From: the human T2T-CHM13v2.0 reference genome, Homo sapiens
Strand: one strand, 5' to 3'
DNA length: 64,000 nt
Assembly (NCBI RefSeq): GCF_009914755.1
Contig: NC_060934.1
A program made the position numbers and the translations under genes. The notes under the pieces were generated by a model. That model was not told where the DNA came from and searched no databases. It saw nothing but the letters and a program-made list of their open reading frames with translations. Each line of letters opens with the position of its first letter. Position 1 is the stretch's first letter. Shown piece by piece: positions 30,367 to 44,295 of this stretch.

Positions 30367-31652
30367 GTATTCTTCATCTCTTAGTCCCAGGAAATGTCCT
30401 TGAGTTTATGCTGCATCAGTAGTGGTACTTCCCCGAATCAGCTCTTCATACCTAACCTTGGAGGCTGAGTCTTATGGAAGACCTTATTTGCCTGGTTTCA
30501 GAAAGAGATCTTCTGATTAATAGTATTCTACAGAAGAAGCACACGTGCAAAGCCATCATTCAATGTCAGGTGTAGGCACAAGGAACTGGGTCTCAGAAGA
30601 GGCTTGGGCCCCATTGGCATGGAATTCTGCTAACATTAGACTAGGCCAGTTAAGGCAAAATCATTCCTTTTATGAGTGTGTGTCGAGTACTAACACTGGT
30701 CCTGGTTTATATTAGCCAGTCAGTAAAAAGGAAGGAAATTCTCACATGTGCTACAAAATGCATGAACCTTGAGGCCGTTATACTCCATCAGTGGAGAAAT
30801 GGTCACACAGGTCCTAGTACAGTTAGACTGTGGAATACTATACAGTGGTAAAAAAAAACCCAGGGTGGAGCTTATTGGGATGAAAAACATACTGCAGGCC
30901 AAAAAAAAAAAAAAAAAAAAAAAGCGTAAACACGTAAACATGGTGTAATTTAAACTTTACAAAACAAGAAATACACATGAATGCCTGGAAACCGGCCTGA
31001 AAGCATCGATAGCACATTGTTACCAGTGATTATGTCCAGGGAAAGGTATGGAATGGGGAACTTCATACTCTCAATGCCTTTTTAAAGCCTTTTTAAGGAA
31101 GGCATTTGTGCATTACTGTGGAATTAGAAATAAACTCCAAACAAAAAATATCTAGGAGATATGGAAGAAGACCCTTCCTGTTAAATGGAGTTGCTCAGCT
31201 TATACCAGAAGCTCTCAGCCCTGGGCCAGCATGCTGCCCACCCTGGGCCCCAGGCTCCCTGCTGCTGCTTCTACGGGGCTCCTGAGCCTTTCCTTGGGTG
31301 CTCTGTACTTACATCTCCCCCTTTAAGGACATCCAGTGGTTGTACAATTAAAGGAGTCAGGAGATCTGATTGGTTTTTCTTTGTAAATTATAAATAAACT
31401 ACTCTGGAGGATAACTGAGCAATAAATTAATGAATTTTGGAGCCTCTGGAGCTGTAAAACTTCTTTCAACCTATGGTAATTATGATTGTTAAATAAAACA
31501 AAAGGTCAAGACACACAACTTAAGTAGCTGAATAGCCTACACGTTTTTGATTATTTGTGAAATATAATCATCTTTAGACAATAGTAAATAAAAGATATTT
31601 CTTGTTTACAGATATTTCAGTGTAAGTTAATTGTGACTTGGTTGTAAGCCTA

Positions 31653-32192
31653 TGTTGACCAAAAGGTTAAACCACAGGCAGGAGAACTTAAAGAAATGTA
31701 ATGTGAGTTTTGTTTTGAGCCAAGCTTGAGAACTACTAGCCCAGTAAAGAGACTCCACACAAACTGAGAATGCGTCCCAGAGTGGGCCACACGAGACACA
31801 GCATTTATACATTTCTGTTATATAGAAAATGGGAAAAGGGGGCAGTGAAGCAACGGTGACTTTCTTAATTCAGATTGGTGCTCAATGACATTGAATATAA
31901 GATAAAGTAAATATGTGGTTAATGTATTTTCCTCATTAGCCTTTTACCCTAATGAGTACATAGGGGTCGCAGTTGCAGGGTCAGGAGAGGGATGGTTGAT
32001 TTTGTGCTGCCTTTGTGCTTCATCCAATAGGCAGGTTGTAATCGGTGCCTGTCAGTGTGATATTTGACAGACTCTGGCCTTGCAGGTGAGGTTCAGCTTT
32101 CGTTCATAGGCCCGGTTTCTATTACCCATATGGCCAAGATGCAGCCATTTTAGACAATTTTTTTTTCTTCAGACTTTCCTTATTTTCTGACA
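31653..32192 (-). mobile_element. ERV1 (MER4-group-like) solo LTR, 540 bp
   Basis: TG...CA termini with 4-bp TSD CCTA (31649-31652 and 32193-32196). Confidence 0.75.
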
Positions 32193-32199
32193 CCTATCA

Positions 32200-32556
<357 letters not shown>

Positions 32557-32688
32557 TCAAGAAGATTAAAACTGGTACTTTGGGTAGCATTTTCTGTGGT
32601 TTAAGGACCTTAGTTATATATGAAGGAAGAATATGATTTGCCATACTTAAGTCTCTTTTTGTCTCCCCTATCAACTATTTGCATTGAA

Positions 32689-32987
32689 TTTTTTTTTTTT
32701 TTTTTTTTGAGACGGAGTCTTGCTCTTTCGTCCAGGCTGGAGTGCAGTGGCGCATCTCGGCTCACTGCAAGCTCCGCCTCCCGGGTTCACGCCATTCTGC
32801 CTCAGCCTCCCTAGTAGCTGGGACTACAGGCACCCACCACCATGCCCGACTAATTTTTTGTATTTCTTTAGTAGAGACGGGGTTTCACTTTGTTAGCCAG
32901 GATGGTCTCGATCTCCTGATCTCATGATCCGCCCACCTTGGCCTCTCAAAGTGCTTGGATTACAGGTGTGAGCCACCGTGCCCGGCC
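32689..32987 (-). mobile_element. AluY
   Basis: tgcaagctccgcctcccgggttcacgccattc; TSD tgca(t/c)tgaatttt. Confidence 0.93.
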
Positions 32988-34280
32988 TGCACTGAATTTT
33001 TATGTAGTTTTCAGTGAGTCCAGGATGTTCCACAAAAGCCTTTTCCTTTGATCACTTCAGTGTTGCCTTATCTCTTCTGAAATTCTTTATGCCTTCCAGT
33101 GTTCTTTTATGTCAAGTTCAATGGTTTTGCACTTTACTTATCTCTTCCTAACTAAAAATCCCCTTGCTCTCTTCTTTCTTCATTCATCACATTTTAAAAT
33201 CATGATTAGCAATGTCCTTCCTTAGTTTCCCAAATCTGCCTTCCTAACTTGATTTAGGCATTGCCTCAAAGCACACTTCCTCGTGTCATATGGTATGATT
33301 TGTATCTGTACTATACTATAATAGAGCTTTAGTTTTTTCTCAAGCACTTGTTGATAAGTCACTTGCTGCAAAAATGCCATGAATTCCAGGAAAGTCACAA
33401 ACCTCAGTTTCCTAGTCCCCAAATCCCTGCCTCCCTGATAAGGAAGAGATGAGAAATGGGCTGAAGTGCTTGCAGAATTGTATTGAACACTGAGTTGGTA
33501 TAAAACACTGGGACTGTCCATGAAAATATAGTGTATAGTCCTTTCAGATGAACAGACAAACAGATGTGTGCTAGCTGTTATATAAGTTAGGAAGAAAGTC
33601 AAGGAAGGGTCAAGTAGAGAGATAAATATTATGCTTATTCAACAAAGCAACTGACACTTAACTGAAGAGGACAGAGACCGTGGGTGACATCTGCGTGGGG
33701 GCCCTGCTTGAAGGATGGGGAGGATTTGCACCTACAGACATCGAGGGCAGCGTGGCATGGAAGTTTGAAAGTTTGCAGTGACCTTAAGGAACAGCAGGGA
33801 AAGGAGGAGATGCATATGAGTAGAGGGATAGAATGGGGTATCTGCTGAGTGTCATTTGCTTCATGCAAGGAGTGCTGGTTTGGGTTGGGAGAGGACCTGA
33901 TCCAGCAGGTGTTTTGTTTTAGCAAGACAACGCTGGATAATGTCTTCTAGTTGAAATATAAGAGGAGTGAGGCAGAGAGAGAGACTCATGATCGTCTGGT
34001 GGCAGAGATAAGGATCTGAGGGAGGGAGGCATGGGGGTTGACAGACACAAGTAGACAGATACAAGTGATATGGTGGCGTGAAGTGTCCTGTCCACAAGTC
34101 CCGGGTGGTGGTGTTTGTTGCTTCTCCCTTTTGGTGCTACCTTCACTATCCTGTCCTCTCTTCCTTGATCACATTTAGCTGAAGCCCTAAGAGGATGGTT
34201 TGGGCTTGTTCTGTATATGGCCATGCTGGTCAGACACATTTTTTTATTGTTGTGGATGTCATGTACTCTTCTTTTGGTAG

Positions 34281-34433
34281 AAAAAAGAGACTGTCTCTGA
34301 GGCACCACCTTTGCTGTTCAGCGATGAAGAAGAGAAGGAGGCACAACTTGGAGTGAAGTCTGTGGATAAGAAGGTTGAGAGTGCCAAGGAGTCATTAAAA
34401 TTTGGGAGAACTGATGTGGCTGAGTCAGAAAAG
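34281..34433 (+). CDS. WASHC2C: WASHC2 coding exon ([22 protein letters not shown]...DVAESEK), phase 0-0
   Basis: ggtag|AAAAAA ... AAG|gtgga, 153 nt. Confidence 0.93.
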
Positions 34434-35960
34434 GTGGACTTTTTTTCTTGTATACTTGAATGCATTTGTCTCTCGTATGTTGTTTCAAACACACCCAACC
34501 CCTTAAGTTTTTTGACCACAGAAAATAAATGGCCCATTTGTAGACAGATTTGAAAACATAGACAAGCAGGCTGTGTCCCCACAGTGCAGGAAGCCTCTGC
34601 AGGGCCTTTCCTCCCGGCCCTTCTCCAAGACATGTGCGCACTGTGGTGTGCCTGCTCCTGTCTCTGTGGTTACTGTCACGTCATGGCATCTTTGCTTTCT
34701 AACTTGTTCTCTTCTGTGCAGTGTTCCTGTTACCCTTGGTCCTCCTTTGGTCCCCAAGTGCACTTGAATTTAAATGTCAGTTTTAAGGAGATTTTAGTTT
34801 AGCATCCTTTTACTTTTAGATGATATTGGCAAGGATTACAGAGTAGAGTGAAATTTCTACTCTTTCTAAAACACTAGCTTTCAAGTCCTGGACGGTCTGC
34901 CGTCTCTTGCAGGAGGCCTGTGGGTAGTTCTGCTGGCCACACCTGGGCATCCAGCTTTGTGGTTGCCTTCAGTCTCTATATGCCTCTTTTCTTTCTCTAA
35001 CTTTTCTTATACGCTGTGTGTCCAGCTGCTTAGGTCTAAGATCTCCCAGGGCCTGTGTGAAGAGCGTTGCATTTGCATTTGCTGCTGAGGCTCCTTGGAG
35101 CTACAGTGATACAAGCATTTCATTTGTACCTGTGTTCCTGTGTGAAATTCTCTTCCTAGTGGCTGTGTGTGGACCCCAGTCCTATCCCAGTCCTGGTCCA
35201 CACTTGACTCTGACTGGTTGCTGTACTGCCCTCTCCCTGAGTGTAAGCCCCTTGCGGACTAGGCCCAGTTTGTTTTGCTCACCATCATATCTGTAGTACT
35301 GGCATATTACCTTGCACACAGTAGGCACTATGTTATAAACTTTGTATTTCTTTAAAGAAGCATTTTTTTAATAGTTTGAGTACTCTGAAATCGGGATGTA
35401 CCTCATAATCAATGGTATCTTACCTGAAATGTGCCATTTGTTGAATGAATAAATACTGCATTTTAGAATTATTTCAGAGATTCTTCTTCAATTGCCTATA
35501 CAGTGTAAGCCTTTTACAATTTGAGGGTCTGATTTTCCTGATTAGATTTCCCCCTTGGGGCTTATGTATTAGTTAAATGCTACGAATTCATGGTCCACTC
35601 CCAATGATTGGCACTTGTATTGGTTATCTTTGACACTTAGAAGTTCTTCCTAGTTCATGAGCAACCAGTGTGCATCAGGATTATAGCCGTCCTATCACTT
35701 GATAGGAGAGAGGGACCCATGGTCTTAATGCTTGGAAAAGTTATCTTTGGCTACGGATGATTGTACAAGACTGTCTCTTGGAGCAGCCAATCAAGAATTG
35801 ACCTCAGTGTTTTGTTACTTGGGCACAGATGTGATTCACTGTGCCCTGAGTCATGCAAATGTGGCAGTTACTGAATTAACGAGAAGCTTGGCAGGCTCCA
35901 TGATAGGATTTGTATTTCCAGGTGTTACTTATTTTTTCCCCCTATTATTTTCATTTTCAG

Positions 35961-36143
35961 GAAGGACTTTTGACTAGATCTGCTCAGGAAACAGTCAAGC
36001 ATTCTGATTTATTTTCTTCATCATCCCCATGGGACAAAGGAACCAAGCCTAGAACCAAAACTGTTCTTAGCTTGTTTGATGAGGAAGAGGATAAAATGGA
36101 AGATCAAAACATTATCCAGGCTCCACAGAAAGAAGTAGGAAAG
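35961..36143 (+). CDS. WASHC2C: WASHC2 coding exon (EGLLTRSAQ...[26 protein letters not shown]), phase 0-0
   Basis: ttcag|GAAGGA ... AAG|gtaag, 183 nt. Confidence 0.95.
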
Positions 36144-36525
36144 GTAAGCAAAAAGCAGTAGTGGTTCAAGTCTCTGGATGAGATAAAAGACTCTCATCTC
36201 ATGGTTGTCATTCTGTCATGTGAGTTTCTGAAGGAATCTTAACCTTCAATGTAGTGTGTTAATGATTCTGTGCAGTCATTTAGATATTTGGGAATCTTAA
36301 TCAGGAACTCTTACCTCAAGTAGCAGTGTTAGGATAGGGGATTAGAATTTCACCCCCCTCTTCTGGGATTTACAGACCTTGTTGTTCCTTCTAGCAAAAC
36401 TTTGCCCCTTGGCCAGTTGTGGGATGTAAACAGCAGGAAAGGGAAGTTAGGCTGGAGCTGTACAGTTAAGTATTTCTAACATTCAGTTTAAGAAAAAGTG
36501 TTGTAGATGAACCTTTCATACTGAT

Positions 36526-36712
36526 CAGGTGTCAGCAAACTATTTCTATAAAGGACCATATAATGACTATTTTAGCTTTTGCAGCCTATTTGGGCTCTGT
36601 CATAACTGCCTAGCTCTGCCATTGGCAGCATGAAAACAGCCCTAGGAAACATGAAGATGGATGGGCATGACTGTGTTCCAGTAAGTTTTATTAATAAAAA
36701 TAGGTGATGGTC
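36526..36712 (-). mobile_element. MER58A, main part; the remainder lies at ~40128-40163
   Basis: caggtgtcagcaaact...tgtgttccagtaagttttatt matches reverse MER58A. Confidence 0.8.
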
Positions 36713-37010
36713 AGCTGGGCATGGTGGCTCACACCTGTAATCCCAGCACTTTAGGAGGCCAAGGTGGGTGGATCACAAGGTCAAGAGATCGAGACCATCC
36801 TGGCCAACATAATGAAACCCTGTTTCTACTAAAAATACAAGAAATAGCTTGGCGTGATGACGCTTGCCTGTAATCCCAGCTACTTGGGAGGCTGAGGCAG
36901 GAGAATTGCTTGAACCAGGAAGTCAGAGGTTGTAGTGAGCCGAGATCGCACCACTGCACTCCAGTGTGGCAACAGAACGAGACTCCATCTCAAAAAAAAA
37001 AAAAAAAAAA
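36713..37010 (+). mobile_element. AluS
   Basis: Full dimer; TSD aaaaatag(g/a)tgatggtca. Confidence 0.95.
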
Positions 37011-37734
37011 TAGATGATGGTCATTCTGTGAGGTTAGTATGACCCTGATATTAAAACTAGACAGCGACATCACCAGAAAGCTAGATATCCTTTATGAATG
37101 TAGAGGCCAAAATCCTCAACAAAAATACTACTAAACCCAATTCAGCAAAATATAAAAAGGATTGCACATTATGAGAAGTGAGATTTACCCCTGGAATGCA
37201 AGGTTGGTTCAACATCTAAAATTAGTTGATATAATGCACTGTATCAATAAAATACAGAATTAAAAGGCGCATGATCATCTCAACAGATGCAGAAAAAGCT
37301 TTTAATAAAATCCAAACCTTTTCATGGTAAAGCACTCAATTAGGCATAGGAGGAAGCTTAATGAACTTGATAAAGGACATCTATGAAATCCCTCAGCTGA
37401 CATCATACTTAATGGTGAAAGACTGCATGCTTTTCAACCCTAACATCATGAACAACACAACAATGTCCACTCTTGGTAATTCTAATCAACCTTGTACTGG
37501 GGATTCTAAGCAAGCCATGTAGGTGAGAAAATGAAATAAAAGGCATTCAGATTGGAAAGGAAAAAGTGAAATGAAGCAATCTGTATTTGCAGATGGCATG
37601 ATCTTTTATATAGAAAGTCTTAAGGAATCTGCAAAAAACATCCATTGGAAATAAAGTCATTAAGATTGAAGGATGTAAGATCAATATGTGAAAACCAATT
37701 GTAGTTCTGTAAGCTAGTAATGAACATTTACTAA

Positions 37735-38061
<327 letters not shown>

Positions 38062-39013
38062 TACTAGTAGTAACTTTCATAAGCAATTACCAGCTTATGA
38101 ATGAAATTAAGAAATCAGTTTCTTTTATAGTAATACCAAGAAGGGTAAAATACTTAGGAGTAAATTTAGCAAAAGAAGTACAAGACTTGTAAACTAAAAT
38201 CTACAAAACATTGAAAGAAATTAAAGACCTAAAATTGATGGAAAGACATCTTGTGTTTATGGACCAGAAACCTTAATATTGGTAAGGTGGCAATACTTCC
38301 TTCCCAAATTGATTTATTGTAATCTCTATCAAAATTCCAGCTTGCTTTTTGCAGAAATGGACAAGCTGATCCTAAAATTTTTATGGAACTGTAAGAGACC
38401 AAGAATAGCCAACAGTCTTGAAAAGGAAGAACAAAGTTAGAAGACTCACACTTCCTGATTTCAAAACTTACTTTAAGACAGGATGGTATTGGCATAAGGT
38501 TAAAATATATAGATCAGTGAAGTAGAATTGAGAGTCTAGAAATAAACCCTCACATTTACAGTCAGTTGCTTAAGGTGCTAAGATATTTCAGTGGGGACAG
38601 AATAGTCTTCAGCAGATGTGCCAGGATGCTGATTATCTACATGCAAAGGGATGAAGTTGGACCCATTAATAAATAAACTCAGATCCAATGTAAGATCCAA
38701 ATGTAAGAACTAAAACTGTACAACTCCTAGAATCTAGAGAGTATGTGAGTAAATTATCATGACCTTGGATTAGGCAAAGCCTTCTTAGATAAGACACCAA
38801 AAGCACAAGTGACAAAAATAGCTAAATTGGACTTTATTTAAATGAAAAACATTGTGCTTCAAAGGGCACCATCTGGAAAGTCAAACGACCACCCACAAAA
38901 TGGGAGAAAAGATTTACAGATCATGTATTTGATAAAGGACTCAGATCCAGAATATGTAAAAGACTTATAAGTCAATAATAAAAAGACAAATAGCCCAGTT
39001 GAAAGAAGGGATA

Positions 39014-39304
39014 GGCCAGGCGTCGTGGCTCATGCCTGTAATCCCAGCACTTTGGGAGACCAGGACGGGAGGATTGCTTTAGGCTGGGAGTTCAAGACCA
39101 GCCTGGGCAACATAGCAAGATCCTGTCTCTACAAAAAATTTTAAAAATTAGCCAGGCCTGGTTGCGTGCTCCTATAGTTCTATCTCCTTGGGAAGTTGAG
39201 GCAGAAGAGTCCTTTGAGCCCAGGAGTTCAAGGCTGTAGTGGGCTGTGATCACACCATTGCACTCAGGCTGAGTGACAGAACGAGACCCTGTCTGAAAAA
39301 AAAT
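39014..39304 (+). mobile_element. AluJ within L1
   Basis: ggaggattgctt...caaggctgtagtgggctgtgatc. Confidence 0.9.
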
Positions 39305-40451
39305 AGGTAAGACAGACATCTGAATAGAGATTTTACTGAAGAAGATAGACAAATGGCCAAAAAGGATATAGAAAGATGCTCAGCATCAGGGAAGCCAAAA
39401 CCACAGTGACATACCACTTCATACCCGGGAAGAGGACCATAATAAAAAAAAAAAAAAAAAGGGAAGTAACGAGTGTTGGTAAGGATGTGGATAAATGGAA
39501 ATTCTCATTCCTTGCTGCTGCAAGTGTGGAACAGTACAACCACTTTGGAGAACAGTTTGCTGTTCTTCAAATTCTTATAACATAAAGCTACCACACAATC
39601 CGGAATTTTATTCCTGGGTACATATCCAAGAGAAATAAAAACATGTTCACACAAAACTTGAATATGATTGCTCCCAGCAGCATTATTCATAATAGCCAAA
39701 AGATGGAAACAATGGCTAAACATAATATAGTATATCCATACAATGGAATATTATTTGGTAATAAAAAAGGCAAAGTACTGATACATGCTGCCACATGGAT
39801 GAACCTTGAAAACATTCTAAATAAAATAAGCCAGTCATGAAAGACCACATATTATGTGATTCCATTTATATGAAATGTCCAGAATAGGCATATCAATGGA
39901 GACAGAAAGTAGATTAGTAGTTACTGGGGGCTGGGAGTAGCAGTGAGCAGGAATGGATAATTACTGCTAATGGTTTGGGGTTTCTTTTGGGGGTGATGAG
40001 AATATTCTAAACTTAGATTGTGGTAGTGGATACACAGATCTGAATATACCAAAAAATCATTACATTTTATACGTAAATGGGTAGATTTTATGGTATATGA
40101 ATTTGATCTCAATGGTGATGTTATGCAAACCAGGTTGGCAGGTCATAGATTGCCAATCCTTTTTATAGATCTAACCAAAGAAATAGTCTATGTTTATTTC
40201 TACAAAAAATGTTATATGAATTTTTTTGTTATACCAATACTATAAGCTTATTTATAAATGAGAGCTGCACACAGTGAATATGATTAATTTGATATATTTT
40301 CTCCCAGTCTCTTACTGTGTATGGTTTTGTAATATTTTTCCACAGTTGTGAAATATTTAACATTACTTGCTGTGTTAAACTCATTTTTATATGTAACAAT
40401 AATAATTATTGTTAATGTGATTTATTTTGTTAGAAGTAAGTTTTTCATTAG

Positions 40452-40768
40452 TTTTTTTGGTTTTTTTGTTTTGTTTTGTTTTGTTTTGAGATGGAGTCCT
40501 ACTGTGTTGCCCAGGCTGGAGTGCAGTGGCATGATCTCGGCCCACTGCAGCCTCTGCCTCCCAGGTTCAAGGATTCTCCCACCTCAGCCTCCCAAGTAGC
40601 TGGAACCACAGGCACACGCCACCACACCCGGCTGATCTTTGTATTTTTAGTAGAGGTGGGGTTTCACCACATTGGCCAGGCTGGTCTCGAACTCCTGGCC
40701 TCTGGTAATCCACCCGCCTTGGCCTCCCAAAGTGCTGGGATTACAGGCATGAGCCACCATGCCTGGCC
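40452..40768 (-). mobile_element. AluS
   Basis: Full dimer with (TTTTG)n tail. Confidence 0.95.
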
Positions 40769-41234
40769 TTTTTGTTAAGTTTTAATCTGTGGCTGTGATA
40801 AGGAAATAGGGATGAATTTTAGAATGTCAGGTCTGGAGCATTATATTATCAAACCAATAATGTTGATGGTAACTTTTAAATGTTAGATATCTAGTAAACA
40901 AAAAAGGGACTCACTCGGGGTCTGAAAGTAGGGCAGAAGTGATGGACAGCCATAGGAAGGCTTGTGGTCGCACCTGTGCCAGGTCTTTGGCCTGCAGTGC
41001 TTACAGGTGAGGGACACATACTTGACCACTCTGTGTAGTTTGTGCTTGAGTCAGCTGCTGTCTCTTCTTCCCTTTGGAAATGAGATGAAGAGAATTCATT
41101 CAGTTGTATGTTTTTTACCTTCAAAATGTTTCTCATTATGGAACTAATGGATTGCTTTTCTAATAAAAAATTTAGATACTATACGAAGTTTATATAATAT
41201 ATATAACCTGGAAAGATTATCTCTAAAGCTTGTG

Positions 41235-41246
41235 CATATATATATA

Positions 41247-41312
<66 letters not shown>

Positions 41313-41329
41313 TATATATATATATATAT

Positions 41330-41368
<39 letters not shown>

Positions 41369-41381
41369 TATATATATATAT
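41235..41381. repeat. Compound (TA)n/(TG)n/(CA)n microsatellite
   Basis: Includes (TA)21 at 41261-41302. Confidence 0.97.
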
Positions 41382-41612
41382 GTAAACTTTGTATTTATAA
41401 ATATATTTTCTGGTATTTTTGGAAGCGCCATAGCATTCCATTTTGTCAATGTTTCATTCCCCTACTGAGTGGCTTTTAGGCTGTGGCCAGCCTTTTGCTA
41501 ATATAATACAGCTGCAGGGGACATCTTTGTTGTGTCCATCTTTACATATGTAACTTCCTTGAGATAAGTTCTTACAGCTCTAATCACACATGACCTTCCC
41601 TCCTGTTCCCAG

Positions 41613-41741
41613 GGCTGCGATCCTGATGCCCACCCCAAGAGCACAGGTGTCTTCCAGGATGAAGAGCTGCTTTTCAGCCACAAGCTCCAAAAGGACAATG
41701 ACCCAGATGTTGACCTTTTTGCTGGCACCAAAAAAACCAAG
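41613..41741 (+). CDS. WASHC2C: WASHC2 coding exon ([43 protein letters not shown]), phase 0-0
   Basis: cccag|GGCTGC ... AAG|gtcag, 129 nt. Confidence 0.95.
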
Positions 41742-41868
41742 GTCAGTTCCAAATGGTTCCCCACAGTATGACTTGTTATTGTATTGGGTGCTGTCTCAAC
41801 AGCTCACCTAGTTCTCTTTGTAAATTGTTTTGCTTTTGGATATTGAACTTGGGTCTTGTTTATTCTAG

Positions 41869-41949
41869 CTGTTAGAGCCAAGTGTTGGGAGCCTGTTTGG
41901 GGATGATGAAGATGATGATCTTTTCAGCTCTGCCAAGTCCCAGCCTTTG
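41869..41949 (+). CDS. WASHC2C: WASHC2 coding exon ([27 protein letters not shown]), phase 0-0
   Basis: tctag|CTGTTA ... TTG|gtacc, 81 nt. Confidence 0.94.
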
Positions 41950-42556
41950 GTACCAGCCTTTTGTTCTCAATACTGGGTTGTGTGGGAAAGATTCTGGGAA
42001 AGGAAACTAACGTCCAGTTAGATGATTAAGGAAAATCCTAGGAGAGTCGTGCTGCTTCCTGCTAAATGAATGGCAAATAACATGCCGAGGGGAGCGTGTG
42101 TGGAGGATGCAATGCTTAGTTTCTGTTGTTCCTCATCTTATGTTCCCTATACTAACATTAAAACATTAATAATCCAGGCTCTCTGACTGTACTACACATC
42201 TGTGTGATGTTTAAATGGTTGATTGAAAGACCATTGCATACACTGGGGTGGCTAAATATTCGTGCCTTTCAGGTGCAAAGCTTTGAATCTGAGTTTTAGC
42301 CTTTCTATGTCATTTTCTCCCCCAGCCCCAGTAGGTTTTTGTAAGTACTCTGTTTTCTTTTTATCATAGAGAGGACTCCTGTGACAGCCACAGTCTTCAG
42401 AATGCTATTTCTGAAATGCTACCTTTGAGTTGGTTCAGCCCTCATTTGAGAAAGTATTTTTAAGACTCAGAAGCCAGGATTGTTTTTTGCATTATGATTT
42501 TTCCTTAAAACTTCTAAGATATTTGATGCCTTTTTGGTATTTTTTTTCTTTTGAAG

Positions 42557-42679
42557 GTACAAGAGAAAAAGAGAGTAGTGAAAAAAGACCACTCTGTTAA
42601 CTCTTTCAAAAACCAGAAACATCCTGAATCCATTCAAGGTAGTAAAGAAAAAGGCATATGGAAGCCGGAAACACCTCAG
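42557..42679 (+). CDS. WASHC2C: WASHC2 coding exon ([17 protein letters not shown]...KPETPQ), phase 0-0
   Basis: tgaag|GTACAA ... CAG|gttag, 123 nt. Confidence 0.93.
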
Positions 42680-43659
42680 GTTAGAAATCCTCTTTAAGGA
42701 TTTTCAGCTCTTGTTTGCATCCCAGTACAGAGAAATTCCATTATGCAGACCCACAGTTATTTAGACTTGTCTGCATTAAGGAGGAAACAGCAACCAGGGC
42801 TACAGCTTTGTCTTCACTGCACTTCCCCCGAGTCATCTCCCCTCTCCTCACTCCACACGCCAGAGTTTCATGAATCTATACTTTAATAGTTAGTGTTTTT
42901 TGATGCCATGCCAGATTTGACTCTGAAGTGGAGTTAAGGTAGGATGAAGAATCTTCTTCCCACTAAAGAATTTATTTCTCCCTCTGGATTTCCTTGGAAT
43001 AGAATTAAAATAGAAATAAATATAAATTACATCTGATTTCCTGCCTGCTCTCAGTGTTGCCTCTCCCGAGGTCATTGCTGTTGGGCCGTACTCTGCAGCA
43101 GTCTTCTCAGAACGCTGTGGAGCTCCTCCTGGGAACAGCCCAGGACTGGAGAGCGAGTGACAGTTCCACGTGCAGGTGTCCCAGGGTGTCTCACTGAAGC
43201 CTTAGTGTCCTGAGCCGTAAACCTGAGGCACTTGGACGAACACATCACCACTGACCCTTCCTGGGGCTCAGATCTTTTGCTTTTAGAGCCAGTGCATTAG
43301 GCTATGGTTGAATTTTTGTGTGCTCCTTGAAATTTCTATTTGATAACCAACATGGTAATTTTGCCTGCTGGTCAGTTTTAGGTGCTCTGATAAACTGTGA
43401 CTCTTGGGAATCTTACTCATCTTGTATTCCTTGACTCCATATCTGATCTGGCAGCTTTCCACTTATGTGACAGAGGAGGAGGCATACGTGAAGTAGTGCT
43501 AGTGAAACATCAGGCCCCAGGAGAGATTTGAATGCCTTTCCCATTAAAGAGCTACAGAAAGTGACAGTTTTGCTCCATCACAGATTTATTTACAGGCATA
43601 AGAAACACTTGTCTTTCTGTTTCCCAAATGGATTTTTAACTGGATGTAATCTTACACAG

Positions 43660-43722
43660 GACTCATCAGGTCTCGCTCCATTTAAAACCAAAGAACCATC
43701 CACTCGGATCGGGAAGATACAA
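43660..43722 (+). CDS. WASHC2C: WASHC2 coding exon ([21 protein letters not shown]), phase 0-0, likely cassette
   Basis: cacag|GACTCA ... CAA|gtaat, 63 nt; both splice sites weak. Confidence 0.88.
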
Positions 43723-44082
43723 GTAATTAAAACACTGGAATCTTCATTGCCTGCCCTGTGGCATCTATAAACTTTTTTGGGTTTCCTACTCTTGTCAGCT
43801 GCTGCCAAACATCTTCTCATCTCTTCCCCCGCCTCCCCTCCCCTGCACCTAGTTGTTGTCTCCTGTGTGCTGCGTCTTTAACATCTATTCTTTGAGCCCA
43901 GTGGTGGGCATAGGTGTAAGACGCTCTGTTTTAATTCTGAGACTAGATTGGGCGATTTTCCTACGTTTCTCTACTCCTCTCGTATTATACATTATGTGTA
44001 CCGAATCTTGTCATGTGTCACAATAAAGATAATAGACTGCTGTGTTGAAGAACAAATACAGAGTTTCATTTTTCTTCTTTAG

Positions 44083-44295
44083 GCAAATTTAGCGATCAAC
44101 CCAGCGGCCTTGCTGCCCACAGCGGCTTCCCAGATCTCTGAAGTAAAGCCTGTTTTGCCAGAATTGGCTTTTCCTTCATCTGAACACAGAAGGAGCCACG
44201 GTCTGGAAAGTGTGCCTGTCCTTCCCGGGAGTGGGGAGGCCGGTGTGAGTTTTGATCTTCCAGCTCAGGCAGACACCTTACACAGTGCAAACAAG
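44083..44295 (+). CDS. WASHC2C: WASHC2 coding exon ([12 protein letters not shown]...[10 protein letters not shown]), first half of CPI motif, phase 0-0
   Basis: tttag|GCAAAT ... AAG|gtgat, 213 nt. Confidence 0.95.

Noticed and set aside
41144-41479. Overlapping YIYIYI/VCVC ORFs
   Set aside because: Translation of a dinucleotide microsatellite.
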